Below the pieces are notes generated by a model. The model did not search any database, was not told the origin of the DNA, and was given only the letters and a program-made list of their open reading frames with translations. 64,000 nt of DNA from Bacteroidota bacterium (lineage in GTDB: Bacteria > Bacteroidota > Ignavibacteria > UBA10030). This document shows, piece after piece, positions 48,868 to 59,071 of this stretch (its first letter is position 1; the number at the start of each line of letters is the position of its first letter). The position numbers and the translations under genes are program-made. The stretch covers positions 42,776 to 106,775 of the forward strand of contig JBGFRR010000074.1 of NCBI GenBank assembly GCA_041695045.1, written 5' to 3'.

Positions 48868-48902
48868 AAAAAGGGGCGAGCCGATGGCCCGACCCTTTCG
48901 CG
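48868..48902. terminator. Probable bidirectional terminator between sodA and the M28 peptidase gene
   Basis: aaaaaaggggcgagccgatggcccgaccctttcg, an imperfect GC-rich hairpin flanked by A/T runs. Confidence 0.4.
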
Positions 48903-48920
48903 ATGCAGAGAATGATGATA

Positions 48921-49553
48921 TCACTTTCCGGCAACGAACTTGTTGTAGCGTTCGTTGATGCGTCCCCAATGGAGGTTCGCGAGGAAGTTGTCGATGTACT
49001 TTGCTCGCCCCGGTCCGTCTTTGTGGTAGTAGGCATGCTCAAAGACATCGCACGAGATCAACGGCACGCCACCCCAGATGGCTCCGTACTGGTGCTCATC
49101 GACCAACACATTCAGGAGTCGGCCGGAGTACAGGCGGTCGTACACAAGCAATCCCCAACCGCTCAACTTGGCTGCGACTGCGGTCGCCTTGAAATCAGTC
49201 TTCCACGCATCGAACGAGCCAAATTCTTTTTCGATCGCCGCTGTGACTTCAGGGCCTTTGGCAGGGTCTCCATCTCCTCCCATCACCTCCCAGTAGATGT
49301 CGTGCAAGAGCGCCCCTGAGTGGTTCCAAGTGAATCGGCGCTTCAGCTCGCCGATGACGCTGTAGTTCCCGTTCGCCGCCGCCCGGTCCGCTCCCTCAAG
49401 TCCCTTCTCGATGTTATTCAGAGCGGTAACGTATCCCTTGTGGTGCGTGTTGTAATGCCAGTCCGTCGTCTCTGAGCTAACGACGTTCGATAGAAGCTTT
49501 TTTGCTTCTTCGTCAGAATAAGGACGCGGGTTAAATTTCCATTCGTATGCCAT
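48921..49553 (-). CDS. sodA: Superoxide dismutase (Fe/Mn family)
   Basis: Metal ligand motifs (HHxKHH: YNTHHKGYVTALN; D..WEHAYY: DVFEHAYYHK). ATG at 49553 with a GGAGA Shine-Dalgarno. Confidence 0.95.
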   Translation of the reverse strand: MAYEWKFNPRPYSDEEAKKLLSNVVSSETTDWHYNTHHKGYVTALNNIEKGLEGADRAAANGNYSVIGELKRRFTWNHSGALLHDIYWEVMGGDGDPAKGPEVTAAIEKEFGSFDAWKTDFKATAVAAKLSGWGLLVYDRLYSGRLLNVLVDEHQYGAIWGGVPLISCDVFEHAYYHKDGPGRAKYIDNFLANLHWGRINERYNKFVAGK

Positions 49554-49637
49554 ATGAGGTCTCCTTTCTTTCTTGAAGTAGGACAATGAGTTAGAGAATC
49601 TACTTCATCCATACATTTGAGAGTAGGATGAAAGAAA

Positions 49638-49658
49638 AAGGGTCGAATGTCGACCCTT
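49638..49658 (-). terminator. Rho-independent terminator ending the suf operon
   Basis: Hairpin aagggtcgaatgtcgaccctt, with a T-run after it on the minus strand (A-run gaaagaaaaag on the plus strand). Confidence 0.7.
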
Positions 49659-49710
49659 CAACACTTCCATGCAACACATATTACTTTCTTACGAAAAGGG
49701 AGAACGCCCA

Positions 49711-50088
49711 TCACATATTCAACATCATGCGTGCCGCTTCCGACATCATGCCTGGATTCCACGGTGGGTCGAACGTCAGCTCGACCATAGCATTGGCGAC
49801 GCCGGGAATCTGCTGCATACGGCGGCGCGCGTCTGCTGCGATCATCGGGCCCATGCCGCAACCCGGTGCCGTGAGCGTCATCTTCACGTAGACGTTCGCC
49901 TCTCCGGTGTTCTCTTCTTCGACCTTCATGCTGTAGACTAATCCAAGGTCAACAATGTTCACCGGAATCTCCGGGTCGTAGCATTGCTTCAGGGCGTTCC
50001 AAACCTCTTCCTCTGTTACAGACTTTGGAGCGGCATCAGTTTGCGTTGACTCGGCGGATTGCTGTGTATCGAGCTGTTTTTCACTCAT
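49711..50088 (-). CDS. sufT: Fe-S cluster assembly protein SufT (DUF59/MIP18 family)
   Basis: EEVWNALKQCYDPEIPVNIVDLGLVY...TLTAPGCGMG DUF59 signature. Confidence 0.8.
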   Translation of the reverse strand: MSEKQLDTQQSAESTQTDAAPKSVTEEEVWNALKQCYDPEIPVNIVDLGLVYSMKVEEENTGEANVYVKMTLTAPGCGMGPMIAADARRRMQQIPGVANAMVELTFDPPWNPGMMSEAARMMLNM

Positions 50089-50108
50089 AAGACCTTTTTT
50101 CACACTCC

Positions 50109-50483
50109 TTACACACCAAACGAATGGCCACAACCGCAATGACGTTGTGCGTTTGGATTGTTAAAGACAAAACCACGTCCGTTGAGGCCGTCTTGAAAAT
50201 CGAGCGTTGTACCGGAAAGATAGAAGAGACTCTTGGGGTCGACGTACACCGTGAGTCCTTCAATCGTGAAGACCTCATCGCCGGTCCTCGGCTTTTCGTC
50301 GAACGCGAGCACGTAGCTCAAGCCGGAACATCCTCCTCCCTTTACTCCCAACCGAAGGCCATGCATTTCAGGAATGTTGTTTTCACTCTTGATGCGCCGC
50401 ACCTCTTCCGCTGCACGAGGCGTCATGAATACCTCGTCTCGCGTCTGCGGCGGTGCCTGGGTCATTGGCTCCATGATTCTCAC
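50109..50483 (-). CDS. sufA: Iron-sulfur cluster insertion protein (HesB/IscA/SufA family)
   Basis: LRLGVKGGGCSGLSY...NPNAQRHCGCGHSF contains the three conserved Cys. Confidence 0.88.
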   Translation of the reverse strand: MRIMEPMTQAPPQTRDEVFMTPRAAEEVRRIKSENNIPEMHGLRLGVKGGGCSGLSYVLAFDEKPRTGDEVFTIEGLTVYVDPKSLFYLSGTTLDFQDGLNGRGFVFNNPNAQRHCGCGHSFGV

Positions 50484-50489
50484 TCCTTC

Positions 50490-50942
50490 CTATTCAGTCG
50501 AAACAATGGTTGCAGTGGATGTCAATGCGCCTTTCAGCGTGTGCCAGGCAAGACTTGCACATTTAACTCTTGTAGGGAACTCGCTCACGCCGGAGAAAGC
50601 GGCTAACTTACCAAGCTCTTCAATGTTGTCGAACCCGTCCAACTCTCCCGTCACTAACTGATGAAACGTTTCAAACAACTGTTCTGCTTCTTCCTTCGAC
50701 TTCCCTTTGACGGCAGATGTCATGAGCGAAGCGGATGCTTTGGAAATCGCGCAGCCCGAGCCGGTAAAGCTCACATCTTCGATTCGGTCATTCGTGAGCT
50801 TCAGATACACTGTATAATGATCGCCACACAGTGGGTTGTCGCCTTCGACCGAGCGGTTGGCATCCTCCATCGCGCGATAGTTTCGCGGGTTCTTGTTATG
50901 GTCGAGGATGACCTCCTGATACAGCGCTCGAAGCTCAGACAT
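50490..50942 (-). CDS. sufU: SufU/NifU-like sulfur-acceptor scaffold
   Basis: About 150 aa starting [22 protein letters not shown], with NPLCGD and GSGCAIS motifs. The track ORF extends further upstream but overlaps sufS. Confidence 0.85.
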   Translation of the reverse strand: MSELRALYQEVILDHNKNPRNYRAMEDANRSVEGDNPLCGDHYTVYLKLTNDRIEDVSFTGSGCAISKASASLMTSAVKGKSKEEAEQLFETFHQLVTGELDGFDNIEELGKLAAFSGVSEFPTRVKCASLAWHTLKGALTSTATIVSTE

Positions 50943-52204
50943 TAGTGAAACACCTTCAGTACGTTGTGAATTCCGCTCACGAGCGCGTCGACCTCTTGCA
51001 TCGTATTGTAGAACGCGAACGAAGCTCGTGTCGTTGCCGGAACGCCAAAGCGAATCATCACCGGTTGAGCACAGTGGTGCCCCGTGCGGACTGCAATCCC
51101 TTCCCCGTCCAGGATCGTTCCGATATCGTGAGGATGGATATCCCCCAGCACAAAGGAAATCACCCCGGCCTTCTCTCGTGCCGTTCCGATGATCCGCAAG
51201 CCGTCGACCTGTTTCAACTTCTGCGTTGCATACTCGAGCAGTGCATGCTCGTGATTTTCTACCGCACTCCAATCCAGCGCATTCAGATAATCGATTGCTT
51301 CTCCCAGTCCGATTACGCCGGCGATGTTCGGCGTGCCTGCTTCGAACTTATACGGCAGGTCGTTGAAGATTGTTCGCTCGAACGCGACCGACTTAATCAT
51401 GTCCCCGCCTCCCTGATACGGCGGCATAGCATCGAGCAGACTCTGCTTGCCATAGAGAACGCCGATGCCCGTTGGACCGAACACCTTGTGAGAAGAAAAC
51501 ACATAGAAGTCGGCGTTGAGGGCCTGGACATCTACTCGCACATGCGGAATGGCCTGAGCGCCATCAACAAGCACGGGAATACCGCGAGCATGCGCAGCGG
51601 CAATCATTTCGCGTACGGGGTTTATCGTACCCAGGGCGTTTGAGATATGACTGATCGCGACGAGCTTCGTCCGAGCATTCAGCAGCGTTTCAAACTCAGC
51701 GAGCGGAGCCTCGCCGTCATCCGTGATCCGCACAACGCGAAGTCTCGCTCCGCGCTCCTGACAAAGCAACTGCCAGGGAACGATGTTGGAATGATGCTCG
51801 ATGCCTGTGATCAGCACTTCATCTCCTGCACCCACCTGCATTCGTCCAAACGATGAGGCAACAAGGTTGATCCCCTCCGTGGTACCTCGTGTGAAAACGA
51901 CTTCGCTCACATCGCCAGCGTTGATGAACCGCTGAACCTTCTTCCGGGCATTTTCATAGGCATGCGTCGCCCGCTCGCTCAACGTGTGGACACCGCGATG
52001 CACATTGGAATTGTCCTCGCGATAATACCTCATGATAGCGTCCAGCACACGCTGAGGCTTCTGGCTTGTGGCAGCATTGTCCAGATAGACGAGCGGCTTC
52101 CCTTTGACACGCTGATGAAGAATAGGGAAGTCCTCGCGAATGCGCTCGACATCGAGAGTCTTCGCAGCAGCGGAGGACACTATAGTGGCCGATGGCGTAC
52201 TCAT
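50942..52204 (-). CDS. sufS: Cysteine desulfurase SufS (class II)
   Basis: 420-aa PLP enzyme with [10 protein letters not shown] lysine motif and RTGHHCAQP active-site Cys loop. Confidence 0.95.
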   Translation of the reverse strand: MSTPSATIVSSAAAKTLDVERIREDFPILHQRVKGKPLVYLDNAATSQKPQRVLDAIMRYYREDNSNVHRGVHTLSERATHAYENARKKVQRFINAGDVSEVVFTRGTTEGINLVASSFGRMQVGAGDEVLITGIEHHSNIVPWQLLCQERGARLRVVRITDDGEAPLAEFETLLNARTKLVAISHISNALGTINPVREMIAAAHARGIPVLVDGAQAIPHVRVDVQALNADFYVFSSHKVFGPTGIGVLYGKQSLLDAMPPYQGGGDMIKSVAFERTIFNDLPYKFEAGTPNIAGVIGLGEAIDYLNALDWSAVENHEHALLEYATQKLKQVDGLRIIGTAREKAGVISFVLGDIHPHDIGTILDGEGIAVRTGHHCAQPVMIRFGVPATTRASFAFYNTMQEVDALVSGIHNVLKVFH

Positions 52205-53538
52205 GCTACTTTGATTCGTCCCTGCTGGAGCCGTTCATGGAGAAGGTTGTCCAACATAGCCCGCAGCGGCTCGATTTGGATTCGGTTGATGACATCGCTG
52301 GCGAAGGCATACGCAAGGAGGTCCTTTGCCATTTCCTCGTCAATGCCGCGCGAGCGCAAGTAGAACAGCGCCTCCGCGTCAATCTGGCCGACGGTGGCTC
52401 CATGGGTGCACTTGACGTCGTCAGCAAAAATTTCTAATTGCGGCTTGGCATCGATTTGTGCGTGGTCTGAGAGCAGCAGCGTTTTGTTTGTCTGCTTGGC
52501 GTCGGTTTTCTGTGCATCCTTCCGGACAAAAATCTTGCCGTTGAAGACGCCGTGCGCTTTGCCGTCGAGAATGGTTTTGTAGAGCTCGTGACTGCTGCAG
52601 TTTGGCTTGGCGTGGTCGATTGCGGTGTGGTTATCGATCAACTGCTGGGCGGTGGCGAGTGTAAGGCCGTTCAGTGTACAATCGATTCCCTCGGCATCCA
52701 ACACTGCCGTGATGTTGTTACGCACAATGAGTCCACCCAGCGCCATGGAATTTGAGAGATATCGACTTCCGCCCTGCTGATGAACGTGGGTGCTGGCGAT
52801 GTGGTAGGCATGGTCGCCTTCGAGCTGCAGCTTCTCGTGTTCAACAACGGCTTCTTCACCGGTAAGTACCTCTGTTACCGTGTTGGTTAAATACGTGGCG
52901 TGCGAGAGAGAGACATAGTGCTCAACGAGCTGTACGTTGCCTCGCTTGCCAACAACGATGAGATTGCGTGGATGGATTGCGGCTGCATCCTCATTGCCCG
53001 TTGCGATGAAGAGGAGGTGGATCGGCTGCTCGAGCTCGATACCGTCGGGGATGATGACCGTAGCACCATCCCGCATAAATGCGGTATTCAACAAGGTAAA
53101 CGCATCACCGATAAACTGCGCATACCGTGCGATGTGGGTGTTGACAATCTCGTTGTTCGTCCGGGCTGCGGCAGCCAGACTTCCGAGCACAACGCCCTCT
53201 GGCAGTGGAAGAAGCATTGACAGGGATTGTACAAAGTGGCCATCCACAAACACCAACTGATGTCCTTCAAATCCGGCAAAGCTGAATCGTTCCACGTCGC
53301 TCTTGGAAACACCACGTGGCGACACCAACACGGGACGGAACGGAGTTTTTGCGATCGGAGCAACGTTGGTGTACTTCCACTCCTCATTGCGCGTCGTCGG
53401 GAAACCGAGTTCCGTGAACCGCTGCAACGCCTGCTTGCGCACTTCATGCAATGGGGAGGGCGCTTCACCGTTAAGACTTTTCTCGAACAGCTTAAAGTTC
53501 GACCGGTACCAATTCTGTATTTGTTCCTGTGTCTGCAT
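52201..53538 (-). CDS. sufD: Fe-S cluster assembly protein SufD
   Basis: 445 aa. SufB/SufD beta-helix family member lacking the SufB N-terminal region. Positioned between sufC and sufS. Confidence 0.88.
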   Translation of the reverse strand: MQTQEQIQNWYRSNFKLFEKSLNGEAPSPLHEVRKQALQRFTELGFPTTRNEEWKYTNVAPIAKTPFRPVLVSPRGVSKSDVERFSFAGFEGHQLVFVDGHFVQSLSMLLPLPEGVVLGSLAAAARTNNEIVNTHIARYAQFIGDAFTLLNTAFMRDGATVIIPDGIELEQPIHLLFIATGNEDAAAIHPRNLIVVGKRGNVQLVEHYVSLSHATYLTNTVTEVLTGEEAVVEHEKLQLEGDHAYHIASTHVHQQGGSRYLSNSMALGGLIVRNNITAVLDAEGIDCTLNGLTLATAQQLIDNHTAIDHAKPNCSSHELYKTILDGKAHGVFNGKIFVRKDAQKTDAKQTNKTLLLSDHAQIDAKPQLEIFADDVKCTHGATVGQIDAEALFYLRSRGIDEEMAKDLLAYAFASDVINRIQIEPLRAMLDNLLHERLQQGRIKVA

Positions 53539-53549
53539 GCATTCATCCT

Positions 53550-54317
53550 TTACGCATGAACTCCAACGGCTTCTGCTTCCTCTCTCAGCCAGTCGTAGCC
53601 TTTCTCCTCTAACTGCAGCGCCAGCTCCTTGCCACCCGATTTGACAATCCGTCCATCCACCAGCACATGGACGAAGTCGGGAAAAAGGTAATTCAGCAGC
53701 CGCTGATAGTGCGTTACGACGATCGTTGCGTTCTCCGGCTTGCGGAGTTTGTTCACGCCGTCGGCGACAATGCGCAGCGCGTCGATATCCAGACCGGAGT
53801 CAGTCTCGTCGAGAATCGCAAGCGTCGGATCGAGGACTGCCAGTTGAAAGATTTCGTTCCGCTTCTTCTCGCCTCCGGAGAATCCCTCATTGACCGAACG
53901 GTTGAGGAAGCTCTGCTCCATATCGACAAGCTTCAGTTTTTCCTTCACGAGCGTGAGGAATTCGATTGCGTCAATCTCTTCGAGTCCCTTGTGCTTGCGG
54001 AGAGCGTTAAGGGCCGACTTTAAGAAGTAGGCATTCGTGATGCCCGGAATTTCTACGGGATACTGGAACGCGAGGAACACACCTTCCCGCGCTCGCTCTT
54101 CAGGATCCATCTCGAGCAGATTCTTTCCTTTGTACAGCACTTCGCCTTCCGTTACCTCGTACGCCTCCCGCCCGGCCAAGACCTGGGCAAGCGTGCTTTT
54201 GCCCGAGCCGTTCGGCCCCATGATGGCATGAACTTCCCCCGCCTTCACCGTCAAGGTGACGCCGCGGAGAATTTCGTTTCCGTTCACTTCAGCATGCAGA
54301 TTTCGGATTTCCAACAT
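53550..54317 (-). CDS. sufC: Fe-S cluster assembly ATPase SufC
   Basis: Walker [10 protein letters not shown], signature FSGGEKKR and Walker [13 protein letters not shown]. Confidence 0.95.
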   Translation of the reverse strand: MLEIRNLHAEVNGNEILRGVTLTVKAGEVHAIMGPNGSGKSTLAQVLAGREAYEVTEGEVLYKGKNLLEMDPEERAREGVFLAFQYPVEIPGITNAYFLKSALNALRKHKGLEEIDAIEFLTLVKEKLKLVDMEQSFLNRSVNEGFSGGEKKRNEIFQLAVLDPTLAILDETDSGLDIDALRIVADGVNKLRKPENATIVVTHYQRLLNYLFPDFVHVLVDGRIVKSGGKELALQLEEKGYDWLREEAEAVGVHA

Positions 54318-54340
54318 TCGAACGATTCCTTTCTGAGTGA

Positions 54341-55789
54341 TTATCCAACACTTCCTTCAAGACTGATACCGAGAAGCTTTTGCGCTTCGACGGCAAACTC
54401 CATCGGCAGTTCGCGAAACACTTCTTTGCAGAACCCGTTGACGATGAGGTTCACGGCGTCCTCCGTTGAAAGGCCACGCTGCTTACAGTAGAAAATCTGA
54501 TCCTCACCGATCTTCGATGTTGACGCTTCGTGCTCGACGCGAGCAGTTCGGTTCTTCACCTCGATGTACGGGAACGTATGCGCGCCGCACTTATCGCCAA
54601 GCAGCAGCGAATCGCACTGGGAAAAGTTGCGGGCGTTGTCTGCGGATTTCTGCACCTTCACCAAGCCCCTGTAGGAATTCTGCCCAAAGCCCGCCGAAAT
54701 ACCCTTCGAAACGATCGTGCTGCTGGTGTTCTTCCCCATGTGGATCATTTTCGTGCCTGTGTCAGCCTGCTGATAGTTATTGACGACTGCCACCGAGTAG
54801 AACTCTCCAACCGAACCTTCGCCCTGCAGGATGATGCTGGGATATTTCCACGTAATGGCAGAGCCTGTTTCGACTTGCGTCCACGAAATTTTCGAGTTCT
54901 TGCCAATGCACTTGCCGCGCTTGGTGACAAAGTTATAAATGCCGCCCTTCCCGTCTTTATCACCGGGATACCAATTCTGGACGGTCGAATATTTGATCTG
55001 CGCGTTGTCTCCGACCGCGATTAACTCGACGACCGCGGCGTGAAGCTGGTTGGTGTCGCGCATGGGGGCAGTGCAACCTTCGAGGTAGCTGACGTAGGAG
55101 CCTTCCTCGGCAACGATGAGCGTGCGCTCGAACTGCCCCGTATCTGCCGCGTTGATGCGGAAGTAGGTAGAAAGCTCCATCGGGCAGCGGACACCCTTCG
55201 GAATGTAGCAGAATGAACCATCGCTGAAGACGGCAGAATTTAATGTTGCGAAGAAGTTATCCGTGTAGGGAACGACGGAGCCTAAGTACTTCCGGACAAG
55301 CTCTGGATGTTCTTGCACAGCCTCAGAGAATGAGCAGAAGATGATACCCAGCTCGCGCAACCTCTCCTTGAACGTCGTAGCAACTGAGACGCTATCGAAC
55401 ACCGCATCGACAGCGACGCCGGCCAACATTTGCTGTTCGGCAAGCGGGATGCCGAGTTTCTCGTACGTGCGGAGGATTTCAGGGTCGACCTCATCAAGGC
55501 TCTGCGGACGCTTCTTTTGCTTCGGGGCTGAGTAGTAGATGATGTCCTGGTAATCGATGGCGTCGTACTTGACGTTCGGCCAGCGCGGCTCTTCCATGGT
55601 GAGCCAATGGCGGTAGGCCTTCAGCCGCCATTCGAGCAGCCACTCGGGCTCATTCTTCTTCGCGGAGATGAAACGGATAACATCTTCGTTGAGCCCGCGG
55701 GGTGCGGTTTCGGCCTCGATGTCCGTAACAAAACCCCACTTGTATTCTCGCATCGAAAGTTCTTCAATCGTGTTGGTTGATGTACTCAT
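54341..55789 (-). CDS. sufB: Fe-S cluster assembly protein SufB
   Basis: About 483 aa from [11 protein letters not shown]. Conserved SufB motifs throughout. ATG at 55789. Confidence 0.95.
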   Translation of the reverse strand: MSTSTNTIEELSMREYKWGFVTDIEAETAPRGLNEDVIRFISAKKNEPEWLLEWRLKAYRHWLTMEEPRWPNVKYDAIDYQDIIYYSAPKQKKRPQSLDEVDPEILRTYEKLGIPLAEQQMLAGVAVDAVFDSVSVATTFKERLRELGIIFCSFSEAVQEHPELVRKYLGSVVPYTDNFFATLNSAVFSDGSFCYIPKGVRCPMELSTYFRINAADTGQFERTLIVAEEGSYVSYLEGCTAPMRDTNQLHAAVVELIAVGDNAQIKYSTVQNWYPGDKDGKGGIYNFVTKRGKCIGKNSKISWTQVETGSAITWKYPSIILQGEGSVGEFYSVAVVNNYQQADTGTKMIHMGKNTSSTIVSKGISAGFGQNSYRGLVKVQKSADNARNFSQCDSLLLGDKCGAHTFPYIEVKNRTARVEHEASTSKIGEDQIFYCKQRGLSTEDAVNLIVNGFCKEVFRELPMEFAVEAQKLLGISLEGSVG

Positions 55790-55847
55790 GATCGTTGTGA
55801 ATCGTGCAACATTATGATGGATTGTTCTCTTGGGCTTCAGTCGCTGC

Positions 55848-56291
55848 TTACTTCTTTTCGCTTTCTTCCTTGTTCTCACCTTCGCCCGCGGCTGCGGTTT
55901 CCTTCACCACAGACTGTGGAGCGGGTTGTACAACAGGTTTTGCCGCCGCTGGCTTCGGAACTCCGGGTTTTGCAGCCGCAGACGCCGCCGGCTTTGCAGG
56001 AGGTGCTGGCTTCGACGACGGCTTCTTGAACTCCGGATAGTTCAACATCCACGTCAGCTTGTCGATCCGCCGCAAGATGTTCTCCTGTTCCAACGCCTCG
56101 ATGACCTTATGCGTCAGCTCTTCAGCTTCCGAATAGCGGTATCGCACTCTATGCATCTCGAGGTACGACATCACACCGTAGTGGAGGTCGCGGAAGAAGA
56201 CGTTCGAATCATGAAACAGCGGAAACTTCGACTTGAGATACTTCAAGAATTCTTTTTTGTTCTCGAGAATGAGAGCAGCCTTCGAGTCCAT
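55848..56291 (-). CDS. Small protein with structured N-domain and Pro/Ala/Lys-rich (histone H1/AlgP-like) C-terminal tail, encoded between iscR-like regulator and sufB
   Basis: 147 aa. The C-terminus [37 protein letters not shown] is low-complexity and basic. Operonic with suf. Confidence 0.5.
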   Translation of the reverse strand: MDSKAALILENKKEFLKYLKSKFPLFHDSNVFFRDLHYGVMSYLEMHRVRYRYSEAEELTHKVIEALEQENILRRIDKLTWMLNYPEFKKPSSKPAPPAKPAASAAAKPGVPKPAAAKPVVQPAPQSVVKETAAAGEGENKEESEKK

Positions 56292-56298
56292 AGATTCC

Positions 56299-56703
56299 TC
56301 AAATAATTTCTTGAACAGTCATTTTGTCGAACAAGACGTTGAGGTTGCGCTGGATTTTTCCCAGCGGCTTGCGGATGGTGCAGTTATCGAAGAGGTAGCA
56401 ACTCTCCGGACCGTCCACGTAGCACTCCGCAACCATCGGCCGCTCCTCTTCGATGACCCGGATGATCGACGCCACGGAGAGCTCGCTCGGTTTCTTAGCG
56501 AGGGCGTAGCCGCCGCGAACTCCCTGCAGTGAGGTCATCACACCGGCTTTGGCGAGTTTCTGCAACACCTTCGCAAGCAGCTCGTAGGGAATGCCATACT
56601 CCGAGGCCAATTCCTTCGCCGTGAACACGCGCCCCATCGGGTGAAGCGCCATGTGCCGAAGTGCAATCAGGCCGTACTCAACTCGTTTGGAGAGCTGCAA
56701 CAT
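56299..56703 (-). CDS. Rrf2-family transcriptional regulator (IscR/SufR-like)
   Basis: MLQLSKRVEYGLIALRHMA...ELASEYGIPYELLAKVLQKLAKAGVMTSLQGVRGGYALAK wHTH, with three Cys (CYVDGPESCYLFDNC) for a possible Fe-S ligand set. Confidence 0.88.
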   Translation of the reverse strand: MLQLSKRVEYGLIALRHMALHPMGRVFTAKELASEYGIPYELLAKVLQKLAKAGVMTSLQGVRGGYALAKKPSELSVASIIRVIEEERPMVAECYVDGPESCYLFDNCTIRKPLGKIQRNLNVLFDKMTVQEII

Positions 56704-56822
56704 AAATCCGACTCACAAAGTCCTATATTTAGCCATTAAAAAAATCAAGGCCTCCGAGCGCTTGATAGTGTAAAACAGACAGTCAAATATAACCTTTTTC
56801 CCAACATGAAGTCAAGTCAAAA

Positions 56823-56863
56823 ATAGGAATTATTCTTGGAACTGAGAGGTATAGGAATCCTAT
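56823..56863. promoter_or_regulatory. Candidate Rrf2 operator: ATAGGAAT direct repeat ending in palindrome ATAGGAATCCTAT
   Basis: ataggaattattcttggaactgagaggtataggaatcctat lies about 120-160 bp upstream of the regulator start. Confidence 0.35.
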
Positions 56864-56897
56864 CAAACTCTTCACTATCTTCACAAGCAACCTCACC

Positions 56898-57291
56898 ATG
56901 TCCATCGTTGAAACCCAACAGCTTACGAAGGTCTACCGCTCTGGCCTCGTTCGCAAGACATCCGTTGTTGCACTGAACAACGCCTCCATCACTCCTCACC
57001 GGCTATCAAACACTCCTCCCCTTCGGCACGATGCATGGATTGCAACAGCGCTTCCTGCGAGACAAGGCAAGGAGACTTTTGGATTTGGTGGGATTGAAGG
57101 ACTGGCATAACGTACGGATCAAAAAATATTCAAAGGGGATGCTTCAGCGACTCGGATTAGCACAGGCACTTATCGGCGACCCTGAAGTGCTGTTTCTCGA
57201 TGAGCCGACAGACGGCGTTGATCCCATTGGGAGGAAGGAGATACGAGAACTGCTGCGACAACTCCGGAACGAAGGGAGAACGGTGTGCTGA
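56898..57291 (+). pseudogene. ABC-2 type transporter ATP-binding protein remnant (internal deletion + frameshift, truncated C-terminus)
   Basis: Frame 1 gives the N-terminus MSIVETQQLTKVYRSGLVRKTSVVALNNASI. Frame 2 continues from the Q-loop region through the ABC signature (YSKGMLQRLGLAQAL) and Walker B (VLFLDEPTDGVDP). The Walker A segment is missing and the protein ends prematurely after EGRTVC. Confidence 0.7.
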
Positions 57292-57626
57292 TCAACTCTG
57301 TTGCCGCGTTTGCAGGCGTCCTCTCGCACAGCGGGGGTATCGCCATCATGACGGCCTTTGTAATCCACATTCTCTCCGGAGTCCTTGAAACTCGAACGCT
57401 TCTTCTCTTCCCCATCTGGGACAGTGCACTCTACCATCGGTTCCTCGATGCCCTCTACTATCTCATCCCCCAGGTCTCCGGCATGAGCAAGAACGCAAGC
57501 TACATTGTTGGCGCATTACCGAAGAACACCGGCTCCTTCGACATGATGCCTTTCGTGTACTCCACACTCTCTGCCGCATTCTTTTACTTTCTCGCTCTTC
57601 AACTCTTTTCCAAGCGCGACTATTGA
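57285..57626 (+). pseudogene. ABC-2 permease C-terminal fragment
   Basis: 113 aa with 2-3 TM segments resembling the C-terminal end of ABC-2 permeases. No N-terminal half. Confidence 0.5.
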
Positions 57627-57860
57627 CCTCCACCGCTAGTGGACCGTCCCGAAAATACGTTAAACAAATCCCTGGAAAAGATTCAACCGCGAATCCTCGC
57701 GAATTGAGTTCTTTTTGAAACCCATTAGCGCCGATTCGCGCGGATTAGCGGTTCCACGTTTTCAACGTATTTCTGGGACGCGACACTAGCCTGTCAATCC
57801 TGCCGTTGCTTGTTTCTTGCCGCTTTTATCGCTATGTTTTCATTTGTATAAGGAGCCACA

Positions 57861-58994
57861 ATGAACATCGGCATTACCTGTTATCCCACCTACGGCGGAA
57901 GCGGGGTCGTCGCAACGGAGCTTGGAAAAGCCCTTGCCGAGCGTGGCCACTTTATCCACTTCATCAGCTATGCCATGCCTATGCGGCTCAACGGCTACAT
58001 GGACAACGTCCACTATCACGAAGTGGAGATGATGAACTATCCCCTCTTCGACTTCCCTCTGTATACCCTCGCCCTCACAAGCAAGATGGTTGAGCTTGCC
58101 GTGTACGAGAAACTCGATATCTTCCATTGTCACTATGCCATTCCCCACGCCACTAGCGCCTATCTCGCCAAGCAGATGCTCGGAACAGACGTTAAGGTCA
58201 TCACCACGCTGCACGGGACCGATATCACGCTTGTTGGCCTGGACCCGAGCTTCCTCCCGGTGATGAAGTTCAGCATCGAACAAAGCGACGGTGTCACGGC
58301 CGTGTCTCGATCCCTGCGGGAACAGACCGCAACGCACTACGGCATTCACAAAGAGATTGAGGTGATCCCGAACTTCGTGGATACGGCGCGGTATGTTCGC
58401 AGAGCGGAAAGTGAGGTGCGTAAATCATGCACACGTGGCGGCGAGAAGATCCTCGTTCACACGTCAAACTTCCGCCCCGTGAAACGTGTGCAGGATGTCA
58501 TCCGGATTTTCAAACTCGTTCTCGAACGCGTTCCGAGCAAGCTCTTGCTCGTCGGCGATGGCCCCGACCGCTCTCAATGCGAGCTTCTTGCTCGTGAACT
58601 TGGAATTGCCGAGCACATCAAGTTCCTCGGCAAGCAATCCGACCTTGTGGATATTCTCTCTGCCGCCGACCTCTTCCTCATGCCGAGTCAATCGGAAAGC
58701 TTCGGCCTGTCAGCCCTCGAAGCGATGTCCTGCGAAGTCCCGGTTATCTCTTCGAGCGTTGGAGGACTGCCGGAGCTTGTCGTCCACAGCGTGTCTGGCT
58801 ACATTGCAGAGATGGGAGACATCGACAGGATGGCACGGTACGCCATCGACCTGTTGAGCAACTCGGCGAAACACCGGCGTTTCGCGGAAGAAGCGCGTAA
58901 GCGAGCGTTAGAGTTCGATTCGTCGGTGATCATCCCGCTCTACGAGCAATACTACAAGAAAGTACTCCACGGTTCGCCCGTTCCGTCGCGGTAG
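57861..58994 (+). CDS. bshA: N-acetyl-alpha-D-glucosaminyl L-malate synthase (bacillithiol biosynthesis GT4)
   Basis: MNIGITCYPTYGGSGVVATELGKALAERGH is a characteristic BshA N-terminus. GT4 C-terminal EGFGLSALEAM motif. 377 aa. Confidence 0.85.
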   Translation: MNIGITCYPTYGGSGVVATELGKALAERGHFIHFISYAMPMRLNGYMDNVHYHEVEMMNYPLFDFPLYTLALTSKMVELAVYEKLDIFHCHYAIPHATSAYLAKQMLGTDVKVITTLHGTDITLVGLDPSFLPVMKFSIEQSDGVTAVSRSLREQTATHYGIHKEIEVIPNFVDTARYVRRAESEVRKSCTRGGEKILVHTSNFRPVKRVQDVIRIFKLVLERVPSKLLLVGDGPDRSQCELLARELGIAEHIKFLGKQSDLVDILSAADLFLMPSQSESFGLSALEAMSCEVPVISSSVGGLPELVVHSVSGYIAEMGDIDRMARYAIDLLSNSAKHRRFAEEARKRALEFDSSVIIPLYEQYYKKVLHGSPVPSR

Positions 58995-59071
58995 GCCAAC
59001 GTTGTGCACTCTCGCTCAAATTGAATTAAACCCGAGAAGAACATCACCGCTCCAGCATTAGCAAACTCCGA

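Noticed and set aside
50490-51272. Long 260-aa ORF upstream-extended version of sufU
   Set aside because: Only the C-terminal ~150 aa match SufU/NifU. The extension overlaps the sufS 3' end in another frame and is Arg/Gly-rich noise.
56981-57110. Apparent GKETFGFGG resemblance to an ABC Walker-A-adjacent GEIFGFLG segment
   Set aside because: The same nucleotides encode the genuine downstream ABC segment (ARRLLDLVGLKDW) in the other frame, so the resemblance is coincidental.
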